From contig DAOUEL010000031.1 in assembly GCA_034430595.1 (NCBI GenBank), positions 2,596 through 66,595 on the forward strand: DNA of 64,000 nt, given 5' to 3'. The number at the start of each line of letters is the position of its first letter. The stretch's first letter is position 1. The notes beneath the pieces are model-generated. The model saw only the letters and a program-made list of their open reading frames with translations, had not been told where the DNA came from and made no database searches. This DNA comes from Anaerolineales bacterium. GTDB lineage: Bacteria; Chloroflexota; Anaerolineae; Anaerolineales; E44-bin32. The position numbers were made by a program, and so were the translations under genes. Below are positions 1 to 10,101 of the stretch, piece by piece.

Positions 1-1880
1 GAACGTCGGTAATGCCAGACGAGGGCAGCACCCTTCTCCTCCAGCAGCGATCCCGGGGTGCGGTCCACGAAGACTTCGAACAATGGCCGCAGCTGTTCCT
101 TCCACGCACCCTCAATCGACTCCGGGAAAGGCTCCCAGGCGTCCTCCCCTGCCCGCTGAATACGTGCACCGTGCTCGGCGACCAGGTCGGCACCGGTCGT
201 TCCCAGCCATGCTTCAAGCGTCCCGGCATTGCGGCCACTGATCACGACCACTTGATTGTGCGGGACGGTGGCAAGACTCTTAAGCAGCTTGAGCAAAGCC
301 GCATCTGGACCGGCGCCTTCGGGCGTTTGTGCGAAGGGAACCAGCGTGCCGTCGTAGTCGAGCAGGAGCAGCCGACGTTCAGCGTTCCGGTAGGCTTGTA
401 GTAATTCTACCCGGTGATTGTCCTGCAGCCGGCGAGGCAGCTGCAGCCGGCGCTCCTCGCGCAGCCCGTGCAGCTGCGAGAGAAATTCGTCGGTCCAGCG
501 CTGAATGTCGTAGCGGCTGAGCCGGGCGCGCATCGGCTTGTTGCGTGCCTGCTGGGCCTCGACCGGCATGGAAAGCGCCTGGTGCAGTGCCTCGACTAAT
601 CCTTCCTTGTCATGCGGGTTGACGATCAAGGCCTCACCCAGTTCGGCCGCCGCGCCGGCCGTCTCACTTAAAACGAGTACGCCCGTGCCATCGGCGCGAG
701 TGGCCAGGTACTCTTTCGCCACCAGGTTCATTCCGTCACGCAGCGGGGTCACCAGGGCCACGTCTGCCAACAGGTAAAGCGAAGCCAACTGCTCGAAGGG
801 GAGCGACCGGTATAGATAAGTAACCGGCGTCCAACCGGGTTGACCGAATTCACCGTTGATGCGCCCGATCTGCTCGTCGACCTGGCTCTTAAGATTCTGG
901 TATTCGGGGACACGTGTACGCGAGGGTACCAGCAGCGAGATCAAGCTGACCCGTTCTTGCCATTCCGGATGCGCCTCCAGGAACTGCTCGTATGCGGTCA
1001 GGCGTTCAAGAATCCCTTTGGTGAAGTCCAGTCGATCAACGGAAAGGATGACCTTCTCCCCACCGATCTCATCCTTCAATTCAAGAAGCCGGCTTTTAAC
1101 CTGCGGCAGTTCATGCGCCTGTGCGTAGCGCTCGGTATCGATGCCCAACGGGAAGGTCTCGACCTGGATCACCCGGTCACCCACAGTTACCCGGCCGAAG
1201 TTTTGTTCCAGGCCGAGAATGCGCAGCAGTGAACTGAGGAAGTGGCGTGCATACCCGTACGTATGAAAACCGATCAGATCAGCGCCGATCATCCCGCTCA
1301 GAATCTGCTCACGCCAGGGCAGCATGCGGAAGATCTCGAAGGAGGGAAAAGGAATGTGCAGGAAGTAGCCAATCGATGCTTCAGGCAGCGACTGACGCAG
1401 CAGCGTTGGGAGCAACAGCAGATGGTAGTCATGCACCCAGATGCTGTCATAGGGCCGGGCGATCTCAGCGATGCGTCTGGCGAACGTACTGTTTACCGCG
1501 CGGTAGGCGTCCCACTCGCGCTGGTCGAAATGTGCGAACTGTGGAAAGTAGTGGAACAACGGCCACAGGCAGCCGTTGCTGAACCCATCGTAATAGAGAT
1601 CGAAGTCCTCCCGCTCGAGGAAAAGCGGGACGCTGTCGAATTCGCGACCCAGCTCTTCCACCAGCTGCTGCTGTTCAGACGGGTCTTCAATATGCAACCC
1701 GGGCGTTCCGAGCCAGAGCATGTCCATTTCCTCGCGCAGTGCGTTGAGCGAGGTCGCCAGGCCACCAACGCTGGGGGTGTACTCGAAGCCACCGCCCTCC
1801 ACCCGGCTGACCGTGACCGGCAGCCGGTTCGAGACGACCAGCAGGCGCTCGGTTCCCTTTGGTGGACCGGTATCATTCAT
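1..1880 (-). CDS. otsA: bifunctional trehalose-6-phosphate synthase / trehalose-phosphatase (OtsA-OtsB fusion), 3' end runs off the window
   Basis: Absent from the supplied track because it has no stop inside the window. My own minus-strand translation from the ATG at 1880 reads MNDTGPPKGTERLLVVSNRLPVTVSR...SIWVHDYHLLLLP...LSVDRLDFTKGI...VALVTPLRDGMNLVAKEY (GT20 synthase hallmarks). It continues with RRLLLLDYDGTLVPF (HAD phosphatase DxD motif) and ends ...GAALVWHYRR at position 3. The frame stays open for 626 codons. Confidence 0.85.
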   Translation of the reverse strand, partial: MNDTGPPKGTERLLVVSNRLPVTVSRVEGGGFEYTPSVGGLATSLNALREEMDMLWLGTPGLHIEDPSEQQQLVEELGREFDSVPLFLEREDFDLYYDGFSNGCLWPLFHYFPQFAHFDQREWDAYRAVNSTFARRIAEIARPYDSIWVHDYHLLLLPTLLRQSLPEASIGYFLHIPFPSFEIFRMLPWREQILSGMIGADLIGFHTYGYARHFLSSLLRILGLEQNFGRVTVGDRVIQVETFPLGIDTERYAQAHELPQVKSRLLELKDEIGGEKVILSVDRLDFTKGILERLTAYEQFLEAHPEWQERVSLISLLVPSRTRVPEYQNLKSQVDEQIGRINGEFGQPGWTPVTYLYRSLPFEQLASLYLLADVALVTPLRDGMNLVAKEYLATRADGTGVLVLSETAGAAAELGEALIVNPHDKEGLVEALHQALSMPVEAQQARNKPMRARLSRYDIQRWTDEFLSQLHGLREERRLQLPRRLQDNHRVELLQAYRNAERRLLLLDYDGTLVPFAQTPEGAGPDAALLKLLKSLATVPHNQVVVISGRNAGTLEAWLGTTGADLVAEHGARIQRAGEDAWEPFPESIEGAWKEQLRPLFEVFVDRTPGSLLEEKGAALVWHYRR

Positions 1881-1949
1881 CAAAGTGCATTTTCTGTGGT
1901 GCGGCGCATCTTAATTCACCCACCTGCCGCGCTGCTCGATTCTGGAGTA

Positions 1950-2120
1950 TCAAGCCTCTGCGCCAGGTACCCATCCCGGCTGGATCGACTTGATTTTAGT
2001 ATCCAGCATCTGGCGCTCGCGTGCGTCCTTGGAGTCCTCATAACGGCGCTTGAGATAGTGCAGCTTACGCTGCCGGCGCTGCTTGCGTTTTCGCTGCCGG
2101 TCTTTGGCTGTCAGTGGCAT
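1950..2120 (-). CDS. small Arg/Lys-rich protein (56 aa), unknown function
   Basis: Below the 60-aa cutoff of the track. The minus-strand ATG at 2120 is preceded by AAGGAGGA with a 6-nt spacer. It translates as MPLTAKDRQRKRKQRRQRKLHYLKRRYEDSKDARERQMLDTKIKSIQPGWVPGAEA, with stop TGA at 1952-1950. Confidence 0.5.
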   Translation of the reverse strand: MPLTAKDRQRKRKQRRQRKLHYLKRRYEDSKDARERQMLDTKIKSIQPGWVPGAEA

Positions 2121-2326
2121 GCTAGGTCCTCCTTAAAAAAATGAGCCGTCTATAGCTTAGTTATATCAGAAGTCCACCCGAGGACTAAATCGTTCGGGTC
2201 TACGCGGACAATTAGAGCCATCAATTGCCGATCGTTTATGCGTGGTATGCTAGATCCTGTTCGAGATCCGGCTATTAGACTCCCCTGCCAGGGACCCTCA
2301 GGTAGGGAAAACATAGAAGGACTGTG

Positions 2327-3892
2327 ATGAAACCCGGAGAACGCGCGACCGCTGAAGGCTTCCTCTTTACGGACGAATATCAGCTCACCATGGCCCAGCT
2401 GTATTTCCGGATGGGCATGCATGAGACGCCGGCTCTGTTTGAACATTTCTTCCGCAGCTATCCTGCATACGGCATGCACAAAGCCGGCTACTGCATCAAT
2501 GCCGGCCTGGAGTGGCTGCTGGATTGGATGGCGGAAGCCCGTTTCCGCCCCCAGGACCTGGAGTATCTGCGCGCTCAGCGCAGCGGGGCAGGAGAGCAGC
2601 TCTTCGATGATGACTTCCTGGCTTGGTTAAGTGAAAACGGTAATTTCGACTCGGTCAGCCTGCAGGCAATCCCAGAAGGCCGTGTTGTCCATCCCAACGT
2701 GCCGCTGACCGTGGTTGAGGGCCCGCTCGCCCTGGCCCAGATTCTTGAAACACCACTATTGAATCATCTCAACTACCAGTCGCTCGTCGCCACCAAGGCT
2801 GCCCGCATCCACCGCGCTGGCCGCGGCCAGCTGCTGCTCGAGTTCGGTCTGCGCCGAGGCCAGGATAAAGGCGCCAATGCCGGCGCACGTGCAGCGCTGA
2901 TCGGGGGCGCCGATTTCAGCTCCAATGTTGGCCTCTCCCACATCCTCGGATTCCCACCCAAGGGCACCCACGCGCACAGCATGGTGCAGGCCTTTATCGC
3001 TCTGGGCGGGACCGAGTTGGAGGCCTTTCAAGCCTATGCAGAGATCTACCCGGATGACTGCCTGCTGCTGGTCGACACGGTCGACACGCTTGAGAGCGGG
3101 ATTCCAAACGCGATTCGCGTTTTCGAGGGTTTGCGGCGAAAAGGGCACGAACCGGTTGGCATCCGGCTCGACTCGGGCGACCTGGCTTACCTGAGCATTC
3201 AAGCCGCAAAGCAGCTCGATGCAGCCGGCTTCCAGGATGCTCGCATCGTGCTCTCAAACCAGATCGACGAGCTTGTTTTATGGCAGATCATCAGCCAGAT
3301 CGAGGAGGAGGCGCCGCTGTACAATGTCGACCCGGAAGCACTTATCCGGCGCCTGGTGTACGGCGTGGGGACACGCCTGATCACCTCGCGCGGACAATCC
3401 GCACTGGACGGCGTCTATAAGCTTGTCGCAATCTGCAAGGACGGGGCCTGGGCTCCGGCGATGAAGATCTCCGAATCGCTGGAGAAGATTATCAATCCTG
3501 GCCACAAAGCTGTCTGGCGGGTTTACGATCAGCGCGGCAAAGCCGAAGCCGATCTGCTCAGCCTGCGCGAGGAGAACCCGCGCACAATGGAGCCGCTCGT
3601 CATGCACCATCCGATGGAATATGCAACCCGACGCGAGCTGGAGCAGGATAAGATCTCCGAAATTGAACCGCTGCTGGTGCCGGTGCTCGAAGATGGGAAG
3701 CTGGTCTATGAACTGCCTGCGATCGAAGAGATGCGCAGCCGACGCGAGGCCGATCTCGGGCGGCTGGATCCGGGCGTACGGCGGATCATGAACCCGCACA
3801 TCTACCACGTTTCTCTCACCGAATCGCTTTGGGATCTGAAGCAGGCGCTGATTCAATCGCTCAGCCTTAAACCGGGCGCAGGCGGTTCCTGA
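2327..3892 (+). CDS. pncB: nicotinate phosphoribosyltransferase
   Basis: Long ORF with [16 protein letters not shown] at the N-terminus, plus LEFGLRRGQ and [13 protein letters not shown] motifs typical of the NAPRTase family. ATG 2327 (GAAGGA upstream) is preferred over GTG 2324. Confidence 0.9.
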   Translation: MKPGERATAEGFLFTDEYQLTMAQLYFRMGMHETPALFEHFFRSYPAYGMHKAGYCINAGLEWLLDWMAEARFRPQDLEYLRAQRSGAGEQLFDDDFLAWLSENGNFDSVSLQAIPEGRVVHPNVPLTVVEGPLALAQILETPLLNHLNYQSLVATKAARIHRAGRGQLLLEFGLRRGQDKGANAGARAALIGGADFSSNVGLSHILGFPPKGTHAHSMVQAFIALGGTELEAFQAYAEIYPDDCLLLVDTVDTLESGIPNAIRVFEGLRRKGHEPVGIRLDSGDLAYLSIQAAKQLDAAGFQDARIVLSNQIDELVLWQIISQIEEEAPLYNVDPEALIRRLVYGVGTRLITSRGQSALDGVYKLVAICKDGAWAPAMKISESLEKIINPGHKAVWRVYDQRGKAEADLLSLREENPRTMEPLVMHHPMEYATRRELEQDKISEIEPLLVPVLEDGKLVYELPAIEEMRSRREADLGRLDPGVRRIMNPHIYHVSLTESLWDLKQALIQSLSLKPGAGGS

Positions 3893-4149
3893 CGCGGTTG
3901 CCGCTGCAGATCTTAAGCTTACGTAAGGCTGAGCTTCATGCTCACAGCAGGTAGTCCTCCATTACAATCGAGATACTACGCTGGAGAGTGATCTGGCGGA
4001 AGGATGGATGAAGCGCATGGTCGCTAACCGCGCCGGCGGTGAGAACACCGCAAGAAATGGAGCACGGGTGAGACCGGGTCTTGAGAACTTCCCGCTAGAC
4101 TCCCGGATGTGAGCGAGTGTGCGGCGACGATCGCGGCAGGAGGAAGAAT

Positions 4150-5250
4150 ATGACAAAACTGCAGGAACTTCACCAGCTCGGGCAGTCCATCTGGATCGAC
4201 CAGATCAGCCGCGAGCTGTTCTCAAGCGGTAAATTGGCCCACTTGATCGAGGCTGGCCTGCGCGGCATGACCTCCAATCCGACCATCTTTATGAAGGCCA
4301 TGACCGGAAGCGGCGATTACGACCAGGACATCCATCGCCTGGTCGGGCAGGGATTGGAGATCGAAGCGGTGTACGAGAAAATGGCCATCGCCGACATCCA
4401 GCATGCAGCCGATATGCTGCGGCCGGTGTTTGATGCTTCTGCAGGTGCCGATGGTTTCGTCAGCCTGGAGGCGAATCCCGACCTGGCCCATGATACACAG
4501 GGAACGCTGGTGGAGATCCGCCGCCTGCATGCGGAGGTTGATCGCCCTAATGTGATGTTCAAGATCCCAGCGACGAGCGAAGGGTTTCCAGCGATACACG
4601 ATCTGCTGTGCGAGGGACTGCCGATCAACATCACGCTGATGTTTTCGCTCGACCAATATGATGCCGTGAGCGAGGCCTACCTCAGCGCAGTTGAGAAACG
4701 CTTTTCTGCTGGCAAGCCCATCGACCGCATGGCATCCGTCGCTTCGTTTTTCGTCAGCCGGATGGACGTAAAGGTCGATCCCCAGCTCAAGGTACTCGGC
4801 CAACCGGAGCTGCTCGGTCAGATCGCCATCGCCAACGCCAAGATAGCCTACCAGCGCTTCCAGTCGAAATTCAGCGGCGAACGCTGGGAGAAACTAGCCC
4901 AAGCCGGTGCCCGTCCACAGCGCGTGTTGTGGGCCAGCACCAGCACAAAAGATCCTGCGTTCTCCGACACACTTTACGTCGATAATTTAATCGGACCACA
5001 TACCGTGAACACGCTCCCCCCGGATACGATCGAGGCCGTGATGGATCACGGGACAGTTGAACGCACGGTCGATAAAGATCTAGATGCCACCAGGGCACAG
5101 CTCGCAAAGCTTGCCGAAATCGGAATTGACATTGACCGGGTGACCGACGAACTGCTGGATGAAGGCGTTGCCAGCTTCAGCGATTCGTATCACAAGCTGA
5201 TCGATAGCCTGCGCAAGAAGGCGGACGGTGCCCGGGCCCTGGGTAGATGA
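4150..5250 (+). CDS. tal: transaldolase
   Basis: MTKLQELHQLGQSIWIDQISR..., GMTSNPTIF, and VMFKIPATSEG carrying the Schiff-base lysine context. The ATG at 4150 has GGAGGA upstream; the track ORF begins earlier at 4117. Confidence 0.9.
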   Translation: MTKLQELHQLGQSIWIDQISRELFSSGKLAHLIEAGLRGMTSNPTIFMKAMTGSGDYDQDIHRLVGQGLEIEAVYEKMAIADIQHAADMLRPVFDASAGADGFVSLEANPDLAHDTQGTLVEIRRLHAEVDRPNVMFKIPATSEGFPAIHDLLCEGLPINITLMFSLDQYDAVSEAYLSAVEKRFSAGKPIDRMASVASFFVSRMDVKVDPQLKVLGQPELLGQIAIANAKIAYQRFQSKFSGERWEKLAQAGARPQRVLWASTSTKDPAFSDTLYVDNLIGPHTVNTLPPDTIEAVMDHGTVERTVDKDLDATRAQLAKLAEIGIDIDRVTDELLDEGVASFSDSYHKLIDSLRKKADGARALGR

Positions 5251-5529
5251 CGTGTTGAGCTGGTAGGAGGGAATCGCCAGAAGAACGCAGGAACCGAATT
5301 GATATTTTTCTAAATTCAATGCCGGATTCATATGGCGCTGCAGGCGCGGCGCGCGATCGAGCCAGGGCAGAAACGCCTGGGCGATGATCCAGGTCGTCGT
5401 CGAGGAATTGGCGCCCGTCTCCCACGACCTCTGGAAAGAAGAACTGACCACGCTAGCAATGATGTTCGGCTTCGGCATCGCCTTCGCCTGACCCTCCACG
5501 ATCGACCTGCATAACTCGGCTTACCTTTC

Positions 5530-7848
5530 GTGAAAATGGGCGTGTTAGAATGTCTTACATGCCTTCGTTTTTCGAATGTACCTTCGAAAACACGCCGAAA
5601 CCGGAGCGAAACGGTGTCGCTTGATTCCAACCCGAGCGGGTCAGGGGGTGCGCCCGATCGAGGAGGATTCGCTGACTCAACCTATCGCGAGCTATTCGAG
5701 CTCGCCCCGAACCCACGTCTCGTTCTCGATCGATCCGGTGTGACGCTGCTCGTAAATCATGCATTCTCCAACCAGCTTGGATACTCCCGCCAGGAATGGC
5801 TCGAAAGAAATACGGCCTGGAGCCAGCTCTTCGATGAGCCGGGGATGGCCGAAGAAATTCTCAACGAAATTTCGGACCGCAAAGCGATCCGCAACCGAGA
5901 GGTGCTCATCTTAGGCAATGATGGTCATCCCATCACGATGCTACTTTCCGGAAGCACATTGCTGTTCAACAACACCCCCGCCGTCGAGATCACCCTGCTC
6001 GACATCACCCGCCAGAAGCATTACCAGCGCGCCCTGCACCGCGATCATGCCCGCCTGACCTCCCTGCTGGAGGGTTTGACAGCCGGACTGTTCCTCGTCA
6101 ACCAACATGGTCTGGTGACCGAGGTCAATCGCATGCTCTTCAATTTGCTTGACCTCGAGCAGGGGGGTGCCATCGGTAGCTCCTACAAGGAGCTCTTTGC
6201 ACATTTAATTGATCTTTGTGCTGAACCCGAAGTTGTTCAAAATACGCTCAGCGAAGCCGTGCTCGCCGTCGGTGAGCGGCCGGTGGTCGTGGTTGTCCTC
6301 AATCGAGAACCGCCAGTACACCTCGAACTGACCTTCTTCCCGGTCTGGGATGATCATGGGATACCAATTGGCTGGGGTGGCCTGGTGACCGACGTCAGCG
6401 AGATGCGCGACAGCGTTTCCTGGAAGCTCGAACTGCTCTCGATCCTGGCGCACGATATTCGCGCCCCACTTGCCACATTGAAGGGGCACGCGACCGCCTT
6501 GCTGGCGAACTTCCGCCAGTGGGATGATGCTCTGCTGGAAGAATTCCTCAGCGCGATCGACCGCAGCACCGATCAGCTCATTCACCAGGTGGAGCGCAGT
6601 TTGGCACTAACCCGGGTTGAAGCCGGCCGGCTTGGCCTGCGGCCGGAAGCGGTTGAGCCGGAACGGATGATTCAGGACGCGGTCGAGCGGATTTCGGGCT
6701 CGATTGGTCAGGTTGAGCTGGTGCTCGAACTTCCACCGAACCTGCCCACCGTGCGCGTGGATTCGGGCCGAATGGAAGAGGTCCTGATCAACCTGATTGA
6801 AAACGCCGCCCGCTACAGTCCGCCGGGTAAGCCAGTCCGGCTCTCCGCCCGGGTGACGGATTCGATGCTGCAGCTGGCAGTCACAGACGAAGGTCCGGGG
6901 ATACCACCCGAGAAGCAGGAAGAGATCTTCAGGAAGTTCGCCCGCGATGAAGTCGAAGGGGGCAGCGGCCTGGGGCTGTTCATCGCCCGTCGAATTGTAG
7001 AAGCACATGGCGGGCAGATCTGGGTCGAAAGCCCACCGGAAGACGTCCAGCACGGCGCTAAGTTTGTGATAACGATCCCGGTTATGCCCGCTGCATCCGA
7101 GCAGCATAAAGCCGCCGGCCAGGGGCGGACAGCTGCTCGATCCTTCGCTGGTGAGACTGCAGAGCAGGGCTTGAAACTCCTGGTCGTTGAGGACGAACCG
7201 GATTTCCAGGTGCTGCTTCGTTCCGTACTGCAGGAAGCGGGCTACGAAGTCGATCATGTCCCCGACGGACAGGCTGCCCTGGATCTGATCCAGACCTCGA
7301 CTCCCGATATAGTGCTGCTGGATTGGATGCTGCCCGACATGGATGGGCTCAGCGTCTGCCGCAACCTGAGGCGCTGGTCGAATATCCCGGTGCTGATGGT
7401 CACTTCCCGCAGCGCACAAGAGGACCTGATTGCGGCGCTCGATGCTGGTGCAGACGATTACATTGTCAAACCGTTCCAGACACCGGAGCTGCTCGCTCGC
7501 ATTCGCGCCGTACTGCGCCGGCGGGAAGCCTGGTCCGAGCGCGAAGCGGATCAATTCAGCTCGGGGGGTTTGATGATCCACTTCGACGCCCAAGAAGTCT
7601 GGAGTCACGGCAAGCGTATCGAGCTAACGCCAACCGAATACTCGCTGCTCGCTTATCTCGCCCACAATCAAGGCCATGTCCTGACGTACGCTCAGCTGCT
7701 CGACCACCTCTACCAGGACAGCCAGGATCGCAGCCGTCACGACCTGTTCGTACATATCAGCCGCCTCAGGAAGAAGATCGAACCGGATCCGGATGAGCCC
7801 CGCTATATCCGAACCCGCTGGGGTGTCGGCTACCTGTTCGAATCTTGA
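5530..7848 (+). CDS. cytoplasmic PAS-PAS histidine kinase fused to a complete OmpR-type response regulator (REC + winged helix)
   Basis: H-box LSILAHDIRAPLATLKG. HATPase motifs NLIENAARYS, DEGPGIP and GSGLGLFIARRIV. Receiver LLVVEDEPDF...IVLLDWMLPDMDG...MVTSRS...IVKPF. C-terminal wHTH ELTPTEYSLLAYLAHN...RTRWGVGYLF. No hydrophobic TM segment seen. The exact start is uncertain (GTG 5530 or ATG 5536). Confidence 0.85.
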   Translation: MKMGVLECLTCLRFSNVPSKTRRNRSETVSLDSNPSGSGGAPDRGGFADSTYRELFELAPNPRLVLDRSGVTLLVNHAFSNQLGYSRQEWLERNTAWSQLFDEPGMAEEILNEISDRKAIRNREVLILGNDGHPITMLLSGSTLLFNNTPAVEITLLDITRQKHYQRALHRDHARLTSLLEGLTAGLFLVNQHGLVTEVNRMLFNLLDLEQGGAIGSSYKELFAHLIDLCAEPEVVQNTLSEAVLAVGERPVVVVVLNREPPVHLELTFFPVWDDHGIPIGWGGLVTDVSEMRDSVSWKLELLSILAHDIRAPLATLKGHATALLANFRQWDDALLEEFLSAIDRSTDQLIHQVERSLALTRVEAGRLGLRPEAVEPERMIQDAVERISGSIGQVELVLELPPNLPTVRVDSGRMEEVLINLIENAARYSPPGKPVRLSARVTDSMLQLAVTDEGPGIPPEKQEEIFRKFARDEVEGGSGLGLFIARRIVEAHGGQIWVESPPEDVQHGAKFVITIPVMPAASEQHKAAGQGRTAARSFAGETAEQGLKLLVVEDEPDFQVLLRSVLQEAGYEVDHVPDGQAALDLIQTSTPDIVLLDWMLPDMDGLSVCRNLRRWSNIPVLMVTSRSAQEDLIAALDAGADDYIVKPFQTPELLARIRAVLRRREAWSEREADQFSSGGLMIHFDAQEVWSHGKRIELTPTEYSLLAYLAHNQGHVLTYAQLLDHLYQDSQDRSRHDLFVHISRLRKKIEPDPDEPRYIRTRWGVGYLFES

Positions 7849-8214
7849 TAATTTTCACTTTCACCGCTTGAGTTCTTCCGGGAAACGATTCGAAAACCCT
7901 ACGTTTTGACGCCTGTGAATGAACGGAATCCCTGCGTTATCGGTATCCATCATGCGGAATTCCTGGTTCAAGGGCTTTTTTAGAGAGATTTAAGCAAGAT
8001 TTAAGCTTGGGGATTAAGATTTCATTAAGCAAATCGTTGTACACTGTACATGGTGTGGATGATCATTCAGGATGCCCAGGGATAGCTGCGATCAAGCCAG
8101 AATAGCTATCCTCCAGTTAGACTACCGGCTCCCATTCAACCCAAGATCCTATACCCGTTAACCGCCCATCGGGTGGTGCTCAGCTTGTTTGCTGTAGAAG
8201 GAATTGGTGCGCGT

Positions 8215-9459
8215 ATGAGCAAAGAAATGGAACGGATGGACATCACTGCAAAGGAAAATCCCGAGTTGGAAGGCCTCTCGCCCGAGGAGCGGACGGCATT
8301 TCTGCAGCTGCTCCGACTGGGAGAGGATCAAGGCTATGTCAGCCTCGATGATCTGATGAACGTCCTTCCCGAGCCAGAGACATCGATTACAACCCTGGAG
8401 CGTTTCTACGACGGACTCATCGCGGCAGGAATTGAATTCCTCGACGATGATCAACTGGCAACCCGCAAGCTCGAACTTGGCGCACAGCCCGAAACCGAGG
8501 CAGAGGACGACGAGATCGACCTGGCCGAGGTCAGCGCCATCCACGCGATTGACTCGGGCGACACCATCGGTCTCTACCTGAGCCAGGTCGGGCGCGTTCC
8601 GCTTCTTACTCGTGATGAGGAAGTGGAGCTGGCCAAGCGCATCGAGCGCGGGAGGAAGATGCGCAGCGAGTTAGCCCAGGGCGGCTCGAACGTGAAGCGG
8701 CGGGCACGGCTGGAAGCCCTGATTGAAGACGGCATGGCCGCACGCGAACATTTAATCATGGCCAACTCCCGCCTCGTGATCAGCGTAGCGAAAAAGTATG
8801 TCGGCCGGGGAGTGCCCCTGCTGGATCTAATCCAGGAAGGGCATGTCGGCTTGATGCGAGCGGTGAAGAAGTTTGATTACCGCCGCGGCCATAAATTCTC
8901 AACCTACGCCACCTGGTGGATCCGCCAGGCGGTAACCCGCCTGGTCGCTGACCATGGTCGCACGATCCGCATCCCGGTCCATATGGGTGACCGGATCAAC
9001 CGCATGCTGCGCAGCCGCCATCGGCTCACACAGGATCTCGGCCGCGACCCGGGACGTGAGGAATTGGCTGAGCATCTCGGCATCGAGCCAGCAGAGGTCG
9101 ATTACATGCTGCGAGTTGCCCAGCGGCCGCTCTCGCTTGAAAAGCCGACCGAACAGGACAGCGATGCTGTCATCGGGGACTTCATTGAGGACGAAGAAGC
9201 CCCAGCACCGGAAGAGATCACGGTCCAGGATATCCTGGAGGAACGGGTGCAGGAGGTCCTTGAAACCCTTCCGCATCGTGAAGCACTTGTCCTGCGGCTG
9301 CGCTACGGGCTTGAGAATGGAAAGGTGCACACGCTGAAGGAAATTGGTGAGAAGATGGGCATCACGCGCGAGCGTGTGCGCCAGATCGAAGCTCAGGCGC
9401 TGCGCCGCCTGCGGCATCCGGGGATGCGCCGCGAGCTGGTTGATTTCGTCCATACATAG
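8215..9459 (+). CDS. rpoD: primary RNA polymerase sigma factor (sigma-70 family)
   Basis: Acidic N-terminal region. Region 2 reads [17 protein letters not shown] and region 4.2 reads [31 protein letters not shown] 8215 (MSKEMERM) is taken as the likely start; the track ORF starts at 8173. Confidence 0.9.
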   Translation: MSKEMERMDITAKENPELEGLSPEERTAFLQLLRLGEDQGYVSLDDLMNVLPEPETSITTLERFYDGLIAAGIEFLDDDQLATRKLELGAQPETEAEDDEIDLAEVSAIHAIDSGDTIGLYLSQVGRVPLLTRDEEVELAKRIERGRKMRSELAQGGSNVKRRARLEALIEDGMAAREHLIMANSRLVISVAKKYVGRGVPLLDLIQEGHVGLMRAVKKFDYRRGHKFSTYATWWIRQAVTRLVADHGRTIRIPVHMGDRINRMLRSRHRLTQDLGRDPGREELAEHLGIEPAEVDYMLRVAQRPLSLEKPTEQDSDAVIGDFIEDEEAPAPEEITVQDILEERVQEVLETLPHREALVLRLRYGLENGKVHTLKEIGEKMGITRERVRQIEAQALRRLRHPGMRRELVDFVHT

Positions 9460-9491
9460 ACCGCTTCCCATTCATTCAAGATTTACGTAAG

Positions 9492-9524
9492 GAAGCAGGC
9501 GCCCGGTGCGCCTGCTTCTTTTAT
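9492..9524 (+). terminator. rho-independent terminator after rpoD
   Basis: 11-bp perfect stem GAAGCAGGCGC / GCGCCTGCTTC with a 5-nt loop, followed by TTTTAT. Confidence 0.7.
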
Positions 9525-9664
9525 AGCTGCCGGGCAAGAATATTGTGAGTTTCCACCTCTGAAGGAGAGCATTTAGCAAGAATCGGCTGATATGCTCAGC
9601 ATGCGTTATCGAAGAATTCTATGAAAACTTCGAATCTGTGACGGTTTGAAAGGAGCAATGAACC

Positions 9665-9958
9665 ATGGAAAACGGAAAGAGAAGTTCCAGCTCGGCAGGT
9701 TCCTTCCTGTTGGGTTCCCTGATCGGTGGAGCCGCAGGTTACATCGCAGCGCTGCTGCTCGCTCCCCATTCAGGCGACGAAACGCAGGCCGAGATCAGGG
9801 CGCAGGCAATGGCACTCAGGCAGAAGGCGAACGACATGGTCCTGGACGGCCGCCGCTCGATCGAAGAGCAGGTCGAACGTGGGCGTCATACGGTCGCTGA
9901 ATGGCTGGAACAGGGCTCAACCCTGCTGGATGAACGTGCCAAGGAGCTGAGCAACTGA
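9665..9958 (+). CDS. YtxH domain-containing protein
   Basis: 97 aa. N-terminal hydrophobic GSFLLGSLIGGAAGYIAALLLAPHSGDETQAEIR followed by a helical remainder, the classic YtxH pattern. AAAGGAG lies upstream of the ATG. Confidence 0.75.
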   Translation: MENGKRSSSSAGSFLLGSLIGGAAGYIAALLLAPHSGDETQAEIRAQAMALRQKANDMVLDGRRSIEEQVERGRHTVAEWLEQGSTLLDERAKELSN

Positions 9959-10002
9959 CTTCAGCGAAGAATTACGGAAGACATCTGCATGAATAATAGC
10001 CG

Positions 10003-10048
10003 GAGTGGAGCCGCAGGGGCATTGTGCCATCGGCTTCACTCTTTCTTA
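10003..10048 (+). terminator. candidate terminator hairpin after the YtxH gene
   Basis: GAGTGGAGCCG ... CGGCTTCACTC forms an 11-bp stem with one G-U pair, followed by TTTCTTA. The loop is long (17 nt). Confidence 0.4.
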
Positions 10049-10101
10049 TGCTCTGAACCAGCACGCTACATGTGCGCAATGAGCGCCAAAAGGGCTTAAT
10101 A

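Noticed and set aside
1242-2144. 300-aa + strand ORF (and 12..401, 840..1232) at the left edge
   Set aside because: They are antisense to the uninterrupted OtsA-OtsB reading frame. The only plausible real gene in the non-overlapping tail is the minus-strand sORF at 1950..2120.
3893-4149. Possible riboswitch or sRNA in the pncB-tal spacer
   Set aside because: I could not recognise any known riboswitch core or a stable conserved-looking structure by eye. The short ORFs there lack convincing start contexts.
5393-5491. 32-codon ORF (MIQVVVEELAPVSHDLWKEELTTLAMMFGFGIAFA) in the tal / kinase spacer
   Set aside because: There is no SD and no supporting context. It could be a remnant of a lost gene, but the evidence is too thin to call.
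6607-7608. 333-aa minus-strand ORF inside the kinase/regulator fusion gene
   Set aside because: A shadow ORF opposite a CDS with complete HisKA/HATPase/REC/wHTH motifs. No motifs of its own.
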